From positions 33,805 through 97,804 of the forward strand of contig JAZONX010000042.1 of assembly GCA_045654725.1 (NCBI GenBank): a stretch of 64,000 nt of DNA. Direction: 5' to 3'. The notes under the pieces are model-generated. The model was not told the DNA's origin. It did not search any database and saw only the letters and a list, made by a program, of their open reading frames with translations. The DNA comes from Eubacteriales bacterium. GTDB lineage: Bacteria > Bacillota > Clostridia > Oscillospirales > CAG-272. Positions 44,732 through 54,096 of the stretch are shown here, one piece after another; position 1 is the first letter of the stretch; the number at the start of each line of letters is the position of its first letter. The translations under genes and the position numbers were made by a program.

Positions 44732-46012
44732 ATGCTTGACAGCCTTACAAAAAGTACATACGAAACCATATTAAAAGCCGAGTTACGCCCTGCTATGGGT
44801 TGCACAGAGCCGATCGCTATAGCATATGCCGCGTCTATTCTTGGCGAGGCGCTTGGAGGTATTCCCACCGAAATTTCGGCTAAATTCAGCGGAAACATCA
44901 TCAAAAACGTTAAAAGCGTTATCGTTCCCGCAACCGGCGGCAGACATGGTATTGAGGCAGCTCTGGCGGCAGGCTTGGTTGCGGCATGCCCCAACAAAAA
45001 GCTTGAAGTATTGACCATCCTCTCGACAAAGGACGAGCCCGAAATTGACCGTGTAATGCGTGAGTGTAAAATCGGTATAAGCAAGCTTAACGGCAGCTGC
45101 AGCTTTGAGCTAGAGCTTTACGGCAGGCTTAACGAAAACGACGCGACCGTTAAAATCAGCGGCGCGCACACCAATGTTACCGAGGTGCTGGCAAACCGAG
45201 AAAACATCACCTCAAAATACGCAGAAAAAACCATCGTTGAGGAAAGCGGCTACGCTCCCGACTTCTCGCTGCTTAACGTAGCGGACATTGTTGAGTACGC
45301 CGACACTGTTGACCTCACCGAGCTCCGCCCCTATCTCAAAAGACAAATCGAGCTTAATATGGCGATTGCCGAAGAAGGTCTCTCGGGATGCTGGGGCGCG
45401 CAGATAGGAAAGGTTATGCTCTCAATGGGCAACGACATCTCGCGAAGAGCAAGAGCCTATGCAGCAGCAGGCTCGGATGCAAGGATGAGTGGCTGTGAAA
45501 TGCCTGTTTGCATCATCTCCGGTAGTGGAAACCAGGGCATCACTGCATCTGTTCCCGTTAAGATCTACGCAGATGATATGGGCAAGAGCGAGGATGAAAT
45601 GCTCCGCGCACTAATTGTTTCCGACCTCATCACCATTCACCAAAAAACAGGCATCGGAACTCTGTCCGCCTACTGCGGTGTAATCAGCGCAGGCGTTGGT
45701 GCAGGCACCGGAATCTGCTATCTCAAGGGCGGAAAATTCCGCGAAATCTCGCATACGCTCGTAAATGCTGTAGCCATTCTTTCGGGCACGATCTGTGACG
45801 GCGCAAAGCCCTCCTGCGCGGCTAAAATTGCAATGGCTGTTGAGGCAGGAATTATGGGATACGAGATGTGGCGCAGTGGAAATCAGTTCCACAGCGGTGA
45901 CGGAATCGTAACCAAGGGCGTTGAGAACACCATCAAAAATGTCGGCAGACTCGCCAAGGAAGGTATGAGCGACACCGACAGAGAAATAATTGAAATTATG
46001 TTAGGAATATAA
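44732..46012 (+). CDS. UPF0597/YhaM (CyuA)-family L-cysteine desulfidase-like protein (serine dehydratase alpha-like)
   Basis: N-terminal LRPAMGCTEPIAIAYAAS and SGSGNQG motifs. 426 aa. Confidence 0.75.
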   Translation: MLDSLTKSTYETILKAELRPAMGCTEPIAIAYAASILGEALGGIPTEISAKFSGNIIKNVKSVIVPATGGRHGIEAALAAGLVAACPNKKLEVLTILSTKDEPEIDRVMRECKIGISKLNGSCSFELELYGRLNENDATVKISGAHTNVTEVLANRENITSKYAEKTIVEESGYAPDFSLLNVADIVEYADTVDLTELRPYLKRQIELNMAIAEEGLSGCWGAQIGKVMLSMGNDISRRARAYAAAGSDARMSGCEMPVCIISGSGNQGITASVPVKIYADDMGKSEDEMLRALIVSDLITIHQKTGIGTLSAYCGVISAGVGAGTGICYLKGGKFREISHTLVNAVAILSGTICDGAKPSCAAKIAMAVEAGIMGYEMWRSGNQFHSGDGIVTKGVENTIKNVGRLAKEGMSDTDREIIEIMLGI

Positions 46013-46013
46013 A

Positions 46014-46047
46014 GAAAAATCGGTTGCAATCGCAACCGATTTTTTTA
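46014..46047. terminator. bidirectional terminator (cyuA-like / mgtE)
   Basis: Stem ATCGGTTGC / GCAACCGAT with an AATC loop, A-run before and TTTTTTT after. Confidence 0.8.
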
Positions 46048-47442
46048 TGATAAGATACTCTGTGCTACAAATATATAAACGATAAGAGAGAGCGCGTCAA
46101 CCAACGTGGTAATAAGCGGCGAAGCCATAACCGCCGGGTCGAGGCCGATTTTCTTTGCAAAAAGAGGCAGTGTTGCGCCAATCATCTTCGCCAAAATAAT
46201 AGTCAATGCGAGCGACAGGGATACGACAAGAGAAATTGTCAAATTCACCGCGGGATTGCCGAGAAGAATACCGTCGATAAGCCAAACCTTAAGGAAGGTA
46301 GCAACACCAAGAGCAACCGAGCAAAGAACGCCTACTCGGATCTCCTTCCACATAACACGTAAAATGTCCGGGAACTCAACCTCAGAAAGCGAAATGCTAC
46401 GGGTAATAGTAACCGAGGACTGACCGCCCGAGTTACCACCCGTTCCCATTATCATGGGAATAAAGAGCACTAAAACAGGAGATAAAGCCGCCTCAAATCC
46501 GCCAAGAATTGCACTTGAAATCGTAGAAGACAGCATAAGAATAAGAAGCCACGGAATTCTAGATTTCCAAATATCAAAAACGGTAGTTTTAAGATAGGGA
46601 GTATCAGAGGCAGCGGTGATCGCTGCCATTTTCGCGAAGTCCTCCTCCGACTCTTCGATAATAACCTCAAGAGCATCGTCAACCGTTACGATACCAACGA
46701 GACGCTGCTCGTTATCTACGACAGGAATAGCCAGGAAGCCGTATTTATCGAGCTTCATTGCCACCTCTTCTTTATCATCGTGAGTGTGAACAGTGATAAC
46801 ATTTTCATCCATTATCTCGGCCAGATCACGGTCGGGATCTGATATAAGCAGATCCTTCGCGGTCACGATTCCGCGTATACGCTTGTCCTTATCGGTGACG
46901 TAGCAGGTGTAAATGGTCTCCTTGTCAATCGCAACTCGACGAATGTGAAGCAGCGCATCAGCAACCGTCATATCACCTGTAAATCGCACGTACTCGGTGG
47001 TCATTACCGTGCCGGCAGAATCCTTGGGATAGCGAAGAATATTGTTGATAATATCTCTGTCTTCCTTGTTCGAGTTCTTGAGGATACGCTTAACCACGTT
47101 GGCAGGCATCTCCTCAATAATATCAACCGTATCATCGATATAAAGCTCATCAAGAATGTCCGAGAGCTCTCGGTCGGAGAATCTTTGAATAAGATTTTCC
47201 TGAAGGTCGGAATCCATCTCTACGAAGGTCTCCGCCGCCAGCTCCTTTGAAAGAAGTCTGAAGAGAATGGTGTGCCATCTCTCATCAATCTCGTTAAAAA
47301 TTTCCGCAAGGTCGGGAGCAGGTATGTCCCCAACCAACAATTTAACATCCGAATACTTCTTTTCCTCAAGTAAAGCTAAAAGTCCCTCCGGCGTGATAAT
47401 TCTCTCGCCAAAGAGACCGTAGTTAGTCATTTTTTCTTCCAT
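46045..47442 (-). CDS. mgtE: magnesium transporter MgtE
   Basis: MgtE N-domain, CBS pair, and 5-TM C-terminus with GTGGNSGGQS. Confidence 0.9.
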   Translation of the reverse strand: MEEKMTNYGLFGERIITPEGLLALLEEKKYSDVKLLVGDIPAPDLAEIFNEIDERWHTILFRLLSKELAAETFVEMDSDLQENLIQRFSDRELSDILDELYIDDTVDIIEEMPANVVKRILKNSNKEDRDIINNILRYPKDSAGTVMTTEYVRFTGDMTVADALLHIRRVAIDKETIYTCYVTDKDKRIRGIVTAKDLLISDPDRDLAEIMDENVITVHTHDDKEEVAMKLDKYGFLAIPVVDNEQRLVGIVTVDDALEVIIEESEEDFAKMAAITAASDTPYLKTTVFDIWKSRIPWLLILMLSSTISSAILGGFEAALSPVLVLFIPMIMGTGGNSGGQSSVTITRSISLSEVEFPDILRVMWKEIRVGVLCSVALGVATFLKVWLIDGILLGNPAVNLTISLVVSLSLALTIILAKMIGATLPLFAKKIGLDPAVMASPLITTLVDALSLIVYIFVAQSILS

Positions 47443-47596
47443 TTCGGCCTCCTTCTGAGCTCGGAGTCCGTCAATCGCTAAAATTCAAAGCGCGCGAAAA
47501 GACGGCACAAACCAAGCTTATATGTATTTACTTCATAATACCCGTGAGGGTTACTTCGTCCATCCGACATTTTCGTCGCTCCTTTCTTTTTTCTTT

Positions 47597-47625
47597 ATTT
47601 TATACCTAATTTAAGCTAATGTCAA
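47597..47625 (-). promoter_or_regulatory. candidate promoter of mgtE giving a 5' leader of about 150 nt
   Basis: On the minus strand: TTGACA (47625-47620), 17-bp spacer, TAAAAT (47602-47597). Confidence 0.45.
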
Positions 47626-48071
47626 GAGAATTTTGCCAAAAAACTTTCAATTTCGTCCTCGGTAAAGACTTCAATACCATTTTTTATCAAAAGCTCGGCG
47701 CAAACGCCGTCACGCTCGGTGAGATTTCCTGAAAAGCTGCCGTCGTAAATTTTGCCTTTGCCACAGGAAGGACTACGCGCTTTAAGAATAGCAGCGGTGC
47801 AACCAAAAAGCTTTGCCCTCTCAAGAGCCTGCTCTGCTCCCCTGACGTAATTTTCGGTCACGTCCTTGCCGTCACGCATCAAAACTCTATCTCCAAAGCG
47901 CTCGCTAGGAGTTCTAGGAGTGGGCAGACCACCGTCAACTTCGGGACAAACAGGCAGGAGCACAAAATTCTCTCTCAATTTTGTAACATACGAACAGGGC
48001 TTACTCTCGCCGTCGTATCGACAGCACACTCCAAGCAAACACGCACTTACAAGAATGGGTTGTTTTTTCAT
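47622..48071 (-). CDS. DUF523/TudS-family (2-thiouracil desulfurase-like) protein
   Basis: SACLLGVCCRYDG, CPEVDGGLPTPR and SPSCG motifs. Confidence 0.75.
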   Translation of the reverse strand: MKKQPILVSACLLGVCCRYDGESKPCSYVTKLRENFVLLPVCPEVDGGLPTPRTPSERFGDRVLMRDGKDVTENYVRGAEQALERAKLFGCTAAILKARSPSCGKGKIYDGSFSGNLTERDGVCAELLIKNGIEVFTEDEIESFLAKFS

Positions 48072-48121
48072 TTTGTTTTCCTTCCTTTTAATAGTTTTTA
48101 TCCGAATAATTGAGCTTTATG

Positions 48122-49516
48122 TTAATAGTTATTTACAATTTCATCCTTTATATCTTTAAAATCGCCCGCACCCATAAGGACAATACCTCCTCGAGTTTGA
48201 AAATCCAGTTTGAATAAAATATCATCATTCGAGGAATATATGGCATCTTTAATCTCTTCCGCCAGTCTCTCGGAGCTGATTTGATCAATCGGCTGCTCCC
48301 TCGCGGGATAAATGTCGAGCAAAATCAAATGATCTGCCAGCGAGAGCGCCTGGCAAAGTTCCTTCCAGAGGGCCTTCGTTCTCGAGTAAGTATGCGGCTT
48401 GAAAATAACGGTTATGGGCATACGCATGTACGACTTTAAGGCATTTATCGACGCCGCAATTTCGGTAGGATGATGCGCATAATCATAAAAAACCAACCTG
48501 CCGAAGCGACTACCAATATGCTCGAGTCTGCGCGGAATTCCCCTATAACTTGCAATCGCATCCGCTACACCACCGACGTCCAAGCCATACTCCAAGGCTG
48601 TTACGATAGCCGCCGTGGCGTTATGAACGTTATATTCTCCAGGAATGTTCAGCGAAAAGCGTCCAATTTCACTTCCAAAGCGCGAGAGCGAGAAAATATA
48701 TCCCTCATCTGTGTAGGAAACAACGCTATACCGATAATCACAGCCTTCGCTCCTACCGAATGTGAGGGCCTTTGTGCCAAGATTCTTTCTTACCTCCAGG
48801 AGATTTTCATCATCACCTGACAAAAGCGCCAGAGAACTTGCCCGTCCAAGCGCCCTTCTAAAGGACTCTCGAAGTTGGGATGTATCGCTAAAATAATCCG
48901 GATGGTCCATCTCAAGATTTAGTCCCACCGAAATACTGGGTGAAAAGCGCAAGAATGAGTCCTTATACTCGCAAGCCTCATAGATGAGCAGACCATTAGA
49001 GCCAAATCTTATAGGTTCGCCAATAGGCAAGTCCGCACCCGAGAGAACGGTCGGAAAAACACCGGATCCCAAAAATATAGTATCCAGCATTGCAACCGTA
49101 CTACTTTTTCCGTGAGTGCCGGATACACCAATGCGCTTCGAATAGTCAAGCATAAGCGCACCAAGGTACTCCGCCCGGGATACAGCCGGAATTTTCAGCC
49201 TCTCTGCCTCAAAAAGCTCGGGGTTATCATCGCTGATAGCGTGTGAAAAAACAACAAGGTCCACCCCCTGCAGATTCTCCGCACGATGTTCCGTGAAAAT
49301 CGTTGCGCCGGAGAGCTGTAGCTTTTCGGTATGCTCTCCCGACTCACGGTCGCTACCGCTAACCTTCGCTCCACGCTTCATCGTAAGCATCGCAAGCGAA
49401 TACATCGACACACCGCCAACACCGATAAAATGCACCTTTCGAGATGGATCCCGCGCCAGCCTGCGAATTTTGTCGAATGAAATTCTTTCTCCATCCTGAA
49501 GAGTCGAATAATGCAT
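48122..49516 (-). CDS. murC: UDP-N-acetylmuramate--L-alanine ligase
   Basis: HFIGVGGVSM and the Mur-ligase P-loop GTHGKSST. 464 aa. Confidence 0.9.
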   Translation of the reverse strand: MHYSTLQDGERISFDKIRRLARDPSRKVHFIGVGGVSMYSLAMLTMKRGAKVSGSDRESGEHTEKLQLSGATIFTEHRAENLQGVDLVVFSHAISDDNPELFEAERLKIPAVSRAEYLGALMLDYSKRIGVSGTHGKSSTVAMLDTIFLGSGVFPTVLSGADLPIGEPIRFGSNGLLIYEACEYKDSFLRFSPSISVGLNLEMDHPDYFSDTSQLRESFRRALGRASSLALLSGDDENLLEVRKNLGTKALTFGRSEGCDYRYSVVSYTDEGYIFSLSRFGSEIGRFSLNIPGEYNVHNATAAIVTALEYGLDVGGVADAIASYRGIPRRLEHIGSRFGRLVFYDYAHHPTEIAASINALKSYMRMPITVIFKPHTYSRTKALWKELCQALSLADHLILLDIYPAREQPIDQISSERLAEEIKDAIYSSNDDILFKLDFQTRGGIVLMGAGDFKDIKDEIVNNY

Positions 49517-49688
49517 ATTTAGACATTTTCTCCTGTTTTGTTAATTATTTATTCTAAATTTTAACACAGAAATATAACACTTTATTTAAAAAAATATCAT
49601 TTATTGATTGAATAATCTTAACATTCTTACTGTATAATATATTCGTAATCTAAAACAAAGTGCACAACACAGGAAAGGAATTTTATTT

Positions 49689-49991
49689 ATGCAGGTAACA
49701 GACATCAAGATCAGAAAGTTTTTTGAGGAAGGACCTATGAAGGCGATCGTTTCGGTAACGTTCAACGACTGCCTTGCGGTTCACGATATTAAGGTTATTT
49801 ACGCCAGAGACAAATACTTTATAGTTATGCCCTCGAGAAAAAATCCCGACGGAACATACAGAGATATTGTTCATCCCATCAACTCTGACTTTAGAGCAGC
49901 ACTCGAGGAAGCGGTTATTGACGCCTACCACGTACAGCTTGTTGCCGCAGAGCATGATTCCACCGCTGATGAGGACGCAGTTGTTATTTAA
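49689..49991 (+). CDS. spoVG: septation/regulatory protein SpoVG
   Basis: MQVTDIKIRK...KAIVSVTF...HDIKVI...FIVMPSRK, typical of SpoVG. Confidence 0.92.
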   Translation: MQVTDIKIRKFFEEGPMKAIVSVTFNDCLAVHDIKVIYARDKYFIVMPSRKNPDGTYRDIVHPINSDFRAALEEAVIDAYHVQLVAAEHDSTADEDAVVI

Positions 49992-50012
49992 TTTGTAAGT
50001 CTTGTAATAATT

Positions 50013-50046
50013 AAGGGGACGGCTAAATGTGAGCCGTCCCCTTTTA
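50013..50046. terminator. spoVG terminator (shared with the convergent coiled-coil gene)
   Basis: Stem GGGGACGGCT (50015-50024) / AGCCGTCCCC (50032-50041), followed by TTTT. Confidence 0.75.
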
Positions 50047-50063
50047 GGTTTCATTTTTATGTA

Positions 50064-51497
50064 TTATTCCTCTACGGGAGCGTCTTCCTTAGCCATCTTG
50101 CTAAGAGTCTTCTTGTTGTCACGGATCATCTGTCTCTGTGCTGCAAGAGCCTCCTTTTGGAGAGCAAGGTTTGCTGCCTGCTTCTCAGCAACGTCATTCT
50201 GAACGTCGAGGGTCTTTGCGTTAGCGGAATTGATAGCCTGCTGAGCAGAGATGATTTCCTTCTGTGCAGCAACCGCCGACTTCATAGCCTCGTCAATAGC
50301 AGCCTGATTTTCTGCTACAAGACGATGAGTCTCCTCCATAGCCTGCTGTCCCTCAACAAGAGCCTTCTGGCTTTCAAGGAGAGCCTTCTGCTGATTCTGA
50401 AGAGCGTTCTGCTCCTCTACAATGGCAGCCTGGTCCTGATTAACAACTCTCTGGCCAACCTGGATACCCTTCTGCTCACGGAGGGTCTGACGCTGAATAT
50501 CGTTGGTCTGACGCTGCATTTCGTTAGCGGTGTTCTGCTTAACAGCGATGTCTGCACAAAGGGTGCTGAGATCATTCATAGCCGCGCTGAGAGTCTGAAG
50601 AGTCTCAAGCATAGCGGAAAGTTTCTCAACCAAAGCCTGCTCCTCACCGAGAACAGCACCCTCAAGGGATGCAACCTCACCGGATGCAGCAGGTGCTGCA
50701 ACAACAGCGGTAGGAACAGGAATATTAACGGGATATTCCTTAACGAACTTATCAAGCTTCTTGTCAAATGCAGCCACGAACTTTTGAAGAGTTGCCTCAA
50801 GTGCCTTCTCAAGCATAGGAGAAACGTCGATAGAAACAGGGGCAATTTTAGGTGTCTGATTAGCCTCTGCGGGAGCCTGCTGGGGCGCATAGGAGTAAGG
50901 CATAGGCATCGGTACAGGAATGTACTGGGGATACTGATATGCAGGAGCGTATGCGGGTGCAGGATTCTGCTGGGGAGCAGGAGCAGCTGCAGGAGCGGGA
51001 GTAGCATTTGCTACGGGAATTTCAGGAATTGCCATGGTTTCATCCTCCTCATTGTTGGCATCAAAATAATCGTTCGTATCTGAATTCGCTTGAATATCAA
51101 TCATTCTCGAGATAACTGTGTTATAGTATTTCTCGTAGGCATCCATAATCTTGTCAGCCTTCTTACCGCCGTACTCATCGGCGATCACAGAGTAATCCTC
51201 TCTAACAGTTTCAAGAAGAATTCTGATCTGATTTTCGCTATCCTTGTGCGCTGCGATGGTAGCAGCGAGCTCGTCGTTTGCGTCCTCGAGCTTCATAGCG
51301 TTCTTTTCAGACTCACGCTTTTCGTATGAACTTTCAGCGTTCTCTACTCTCTTTCTCGACTTGATGATATCTCTGGCAACCGACTTAAAATATGCCAACT
51401 CGTCGGAAACACGCTTTTTATCACCCTCAAGAGTCTCACGCAATGATGCAATACGAGCCTTTTTATCACTCATATTTTTGCCAAAAACATCAAGCAT
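50064..51497 (-). CDS. coiled-coil protein with central Pro/Ala/Gln/Tyr-rich low-complexity region, function unknown
   Basis: 477 aa with no signal peptide or TM segment. Charged helical N-terminal third, PAPAAAPAPQQNPAPAYAPAYQYPQYIPVPMPMPYSYAPQQAP in the middle, and a Q/A/E-rich heptad-like C-terminal half. Confidence 0.6.
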   Translation of the reverse strand: MLDVFGKNMSDKKARIASLRETLEGDKKRVSDELAYFKSVARDIIKSRKRVENAESSYEKRESEKNAMKLEDANDELAATIAAHKDSENQIRILLETVREDYSVIADEYGGKKADKIMDAYEKYYNTVISRMIDIQANSDTNDYFDANNEEDETMAIPEIPVANATPAPAAAPAPQQNPAPAYAPAYQYPQYIPVPMPMPYSYAPQQAPAEANQTPKIAPVSIDVSPMLEKALEATLQKFVAAFDKKLDKFVKEYPVNIPVPTAVVAAPAASGEVASLEGAVLGEEQALVEKLSAMLETLQTLSAAMNDLSTLCADIAVKQNTANEMQRQTNDIQRQTLREQKGIQVGQRVVNQDQAAIVEEQNALQNQQKALLESQKALVEGQQAMEETHRLVAENQAAIDEAMKSAVAAQKEIISAQQAINSANAKTLDVQNDVAEKQAANLALQKEALAAQRQMIRDNKKTLSKMAKEDAPVEE

Positions 51498-51569
51498 AAA
51501 TGATTACCTCTCTTCTCCGCAAAGGCGGTTTTTGCACAATTTTGTACACAAAAGTTTTATTCACCATAT

Positions 51570-51598
51570 ATTATAGCAAATAAATATATAAAAGTCAA
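51570..51598 (-). promoter_or_regulatory. consensus-like sigmaA promoter of the coiled-coil gene
   Basis: On the minus strand: TTGACT (51598-51593), 17-bp spacer, TATAAT (51575-51570). Confidence 0.65.
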
Positions 51599-51661
51599 TA
51601 CCAAAATTTAATATTTTTTAATCATTATTGCTTGACACCTACTCTCGCCTATAATACAGTG

Positions 51662-51765
51662 ATTTCAAACGATAAAAAGCTAAAGAAAAAAACAAAAAAG
51701 GAGACTTGTGCCTCCTTTTTTCACGCTAAACGAAGGGGCGGATTACACTTCCGCCCCTGTTTTTA
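51662..51765 (+). ncRNA. candidate small RNA (about 100 nt) convergent on tpiA
   Basis: Plus-strand TTGCTT (51628-33), 16-bp spacer, TATAAT (51650-55). Downstream there are two hairpins; the second is GGGGCGG (51735-41) / CCGCCCC (51751-57) plus TGTTTTTATT. There is no plus-strand CDS here. Confidence 0.2.
51694..51765. terminator. tandem hairpins downstream of tpiA (terminator region, usable on both strands)
   Basis: Hairpin 1 is AAAAAAGGAG/CTCCTTTTTT (51694-51721). Hairpin 2 is GGGGCGG/CCGCCCC (51735-51757). Confidence 0.65.
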
Positions 51766-51779
51766 TTAATTCTCGAAAT

Positions 51780-52538
51780 TTATGCGTTTGCTGCCTTAAC
51801 GATTGCAGTAAACTTGTCGGTCTTGAGCGAAGCTCCGCCGATAAGTCCGCCGTCAACGTTAACCTTTGCAAGAAGCTCTGCCGCGTTAGCATCGTTCATA
51901 GAGCCGCCATACTGAATAGTAGTGCTCTCGGCAACCTCGGAGCCAAAGAGCTCGGCGAGAGCTGCACGAATAACACCGCAGGTTTCGTCAGCCTGCTCAG
52001 GGGTCGCAGTAAGACCAGTTCCGATCGCCCAAACGGGCTCGTAAGCGATGATAACATTCTTCATTTCCTCGACAGAAACGCCCAAAAGGTCAAGTTTTGT
52101 TTGCATTCTAACCACTTCATCGGTGATTCCGTTAAGTCTTTCGTCCTTAACCTCGCCAAGGCAAAGGATAACTTTCAAGCCTGCAGCAAGAGCTGCTTTG
52201 GTGCGAAGATTAACGGTTGTATCGGTTTCACCAAAGTACTGTCTTCTCTCGGAGTGACCGATTACAACATACTCTGTACCGATCTCGCAGAGCATCTTCG
52301 CGCTGATCTCACCGGTGTAAGCACCGCTTTCAGCGAAGTGTACGTTCTCAGCGCCGATCTTGATATTAGTTCCCTTCGCGGCTTCAACCGCGGTAGCAAT
52401 ATCAACGTAAGGAACACAAAGCACGATGTCACACTTATTCATTCCCGCCACCATAGGAGCGAGCTCGGTAATAAAAGCTTTTGTCTGTGCAGGCGTCATG
52501 TTCATCTTCCAGTTGCCTGCAATTACTGTTTTTCTCAT
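51780..52538 (-). CDS. tpiA: triosephosphate isomerase
   Basis: AGNWKMN, the catalytic His in VIGHSERR, and AYEPVWAIGTG. Confidence 0.93.
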   Translation of the reverse strand: MRKTVIAGNWKMNMTPAQTKAFITELAPMVAGMNKCDIVLCVPYVDIATAVEAAKGTNIKIGAENVHFAESGAYTGEISAKMLCEIGTEYVVIGHSERRQYFGETDTTVNLRTKAALAAGLKVILCLGEVKDERLNGITDEVVRMQTKLDLLGVSVEEMKNVIIAYEPVWAIGTGLTATPEQADETCGVIRAALAELFGSEVAESTTIQYGGSMNDANAAELLAKVNVDGGLIGGASLKTDKFTAIVKAANA

Positions 52539-52673
52539 TATTTTTTCCTTTTAATTTTTAAAGATTGGCTTTTTGATTGACAATGGAATTTCTGATCAGA
52601 AAGCGTTGTTCTCGGGTCGAAGGCGTAGTTACCTACGTCGAGTCTGCCCGAAAACGGGGGTTTATGCCAAAAA

Positions 52674-53990
52674 TTACTTGTCAAGGAGGCAGGAAACACC
52701 GGGAAGATCCTTACCCTCAAGGAACTCAAGAGATGCGCCACCGCCTGTAGAAATGTGAGTGATCTTGGATGCGTAGCCGAGCTGCTCGCATGCTGCTGCA
52801 GAGTCGCCACCGCCAACGATTGTGATAGCGTCACTATCAGCAAGAGCCTGAGCAACCGCGATAGTCCCCTTTGCAAGAACAGGGTTCTCGAACACGCCCA
52901 TAGGACCGTTCCAGATAACTGTCTTTGCGGAAAGAACTGCCTCTGCATAGAGAGCTGCTGTCTTGGGACCGATGTCAAGGCCCTCCTTGTCAGCAGGAAT
53001 CTTGTCGGAGTCAACATACTCTACGTCGATAGGACCGTCGATAGGATTGGGGAAGCTGTCTGCAATAGCGTTGTCAACGGGAAGAAGAAGCTTAACACCA
53101 AGCTCCTCAGCCTTCGCCATCATCTCCTTGCAGTAGTCGATCTTGGTCTCGTCAAGAAGAGACTTACCAACACCGTAGCCCTTTGCAGCGTTGAAGGTGA
53201 ATGCCATACCGCCGCCGATGATAAGTGTATCAACCTTTGTAAGAAGGTTGTCGATAACGTTAAGCTTGTCAGCAACCTTTGCGCCGCCGAGAATAGCAAC
53301 GAAGGGTCTCTCGGGATTCTGAAGAGCCTTACCCATAACCGAGATTTCCTTCTCGATAAGGTAACCGCAAACTGCGGGAATATAATCAGCAACGCCTGCG
53401 GTAGAAGCGTGTGCTCTGTGAGCCGCGCCGAAAGCATCGTTTACGAAAATATCAGCATAGGAAGCAAGCTCCTTTGCAAGCTCTGCGCCGTTCTTGGTCT
53501 CGCGAACGTCGAAGCGGGTGTTCTCAAGAAGAACAGCCTTACCGCACTCGAGAGCAGCAACCTTAGCCTTTGCATCGGGACCGATGATATCCTCTGCGAA
53601 GGTAACTGTTCCCTCACCGAGAAGCTCGTTAAGTCTTACGCAAACGGGCTTGAGAGTGAGCTTTTTCTTGTCGGATACAAGAGCCTTTGCAAGATAATCT
53701 GCGGTAGCAGCTGCCTGTTCCTCAGCGGGAAGAGCCTCAACTGCCTTCTTCTCCTTCTTGGTGAGGCCAAAGTTCTCGGAAAGAATTGCGTGGGGCTTGC
53801 CCATGTGAGAGCAAAGAATAACCTTTGCGCCCTGACCGAGAAGATACTTGATAGTGGGAAGCGCGCCGATAATTCTCTTATCAGAGGTGATAACGCCTTC
53901 CTTCATAGGAACATTGAAATCGCAACGAACCAGCACGGTTTTGCCGGCTACGTCGATATCTTCGATGTTTTTCTTGTTGTAAGTTGCCAT
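52674..53990 (-). CDS. pgk: phosphoglycerate kinase (with an insertion of about 36 aa after the SHxGxP motif)
   Basis: [24 protein letters not shown] and GGGDSAAA motifs. At 438 aa it is longer than the usual length of about 395-400. Confidence 0.92.
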   Translation of the reverse strand: MATYNKKNIEDIDVAGKTVLVRCDFNVPMKEGVITSDKRIIGALPTIKYLLGQGAKVILCSHMGKPHAILSENFGLTKKEKKAVEALPAEEQAAATADYLAKALVSDKKKLTLKPVCVRLNELLGEGTVTFAEDIIGPDAKAKVAALECGKAVLLENTRFDVRETKNGAELAKELASYADIFVNDAFGAAHRAHASTAGVADYIPAVCGYLIEKEISVMGKALQNPERPFVAILGGAKVADKLNVIDNLLTKVDTLIIGGGMAFTFNAAKGYGVGKSLLDETKIDYCKEMMAKAEELGVKLLLPVDNAIADSFPNPIDGPIDVEYVDSDKIPADKEGLDIGPKTAALYAEAVLSAKTVIWNGPMGVFENPVLAKGTIAVAQALADSDAITIVGGGDSAAACEQLGYASKITHISTGGGASLEFLEGKDLPGVSCLLDK

Positions 53991-54096
53991 TTTTATAATC
54001 TCCTTAAAATATTTTCACACAAAGTATATAATAGCACATTTATCGCCGTTAGTCAAGTGGTTTGTTAAACTAATCACAATATTTCGCGCGATTTTA

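Noticed and set aside
51632-51655. TTGACA (51632-51637) plus TATAAT (51650-51655) as a perfect consensus promoter.
   Set aside because: The spacer would be only 12 bp. The usable -35 is the overlapping TTGCTT with a 16-bp spacer, which is used in the sRNA hypothesis.
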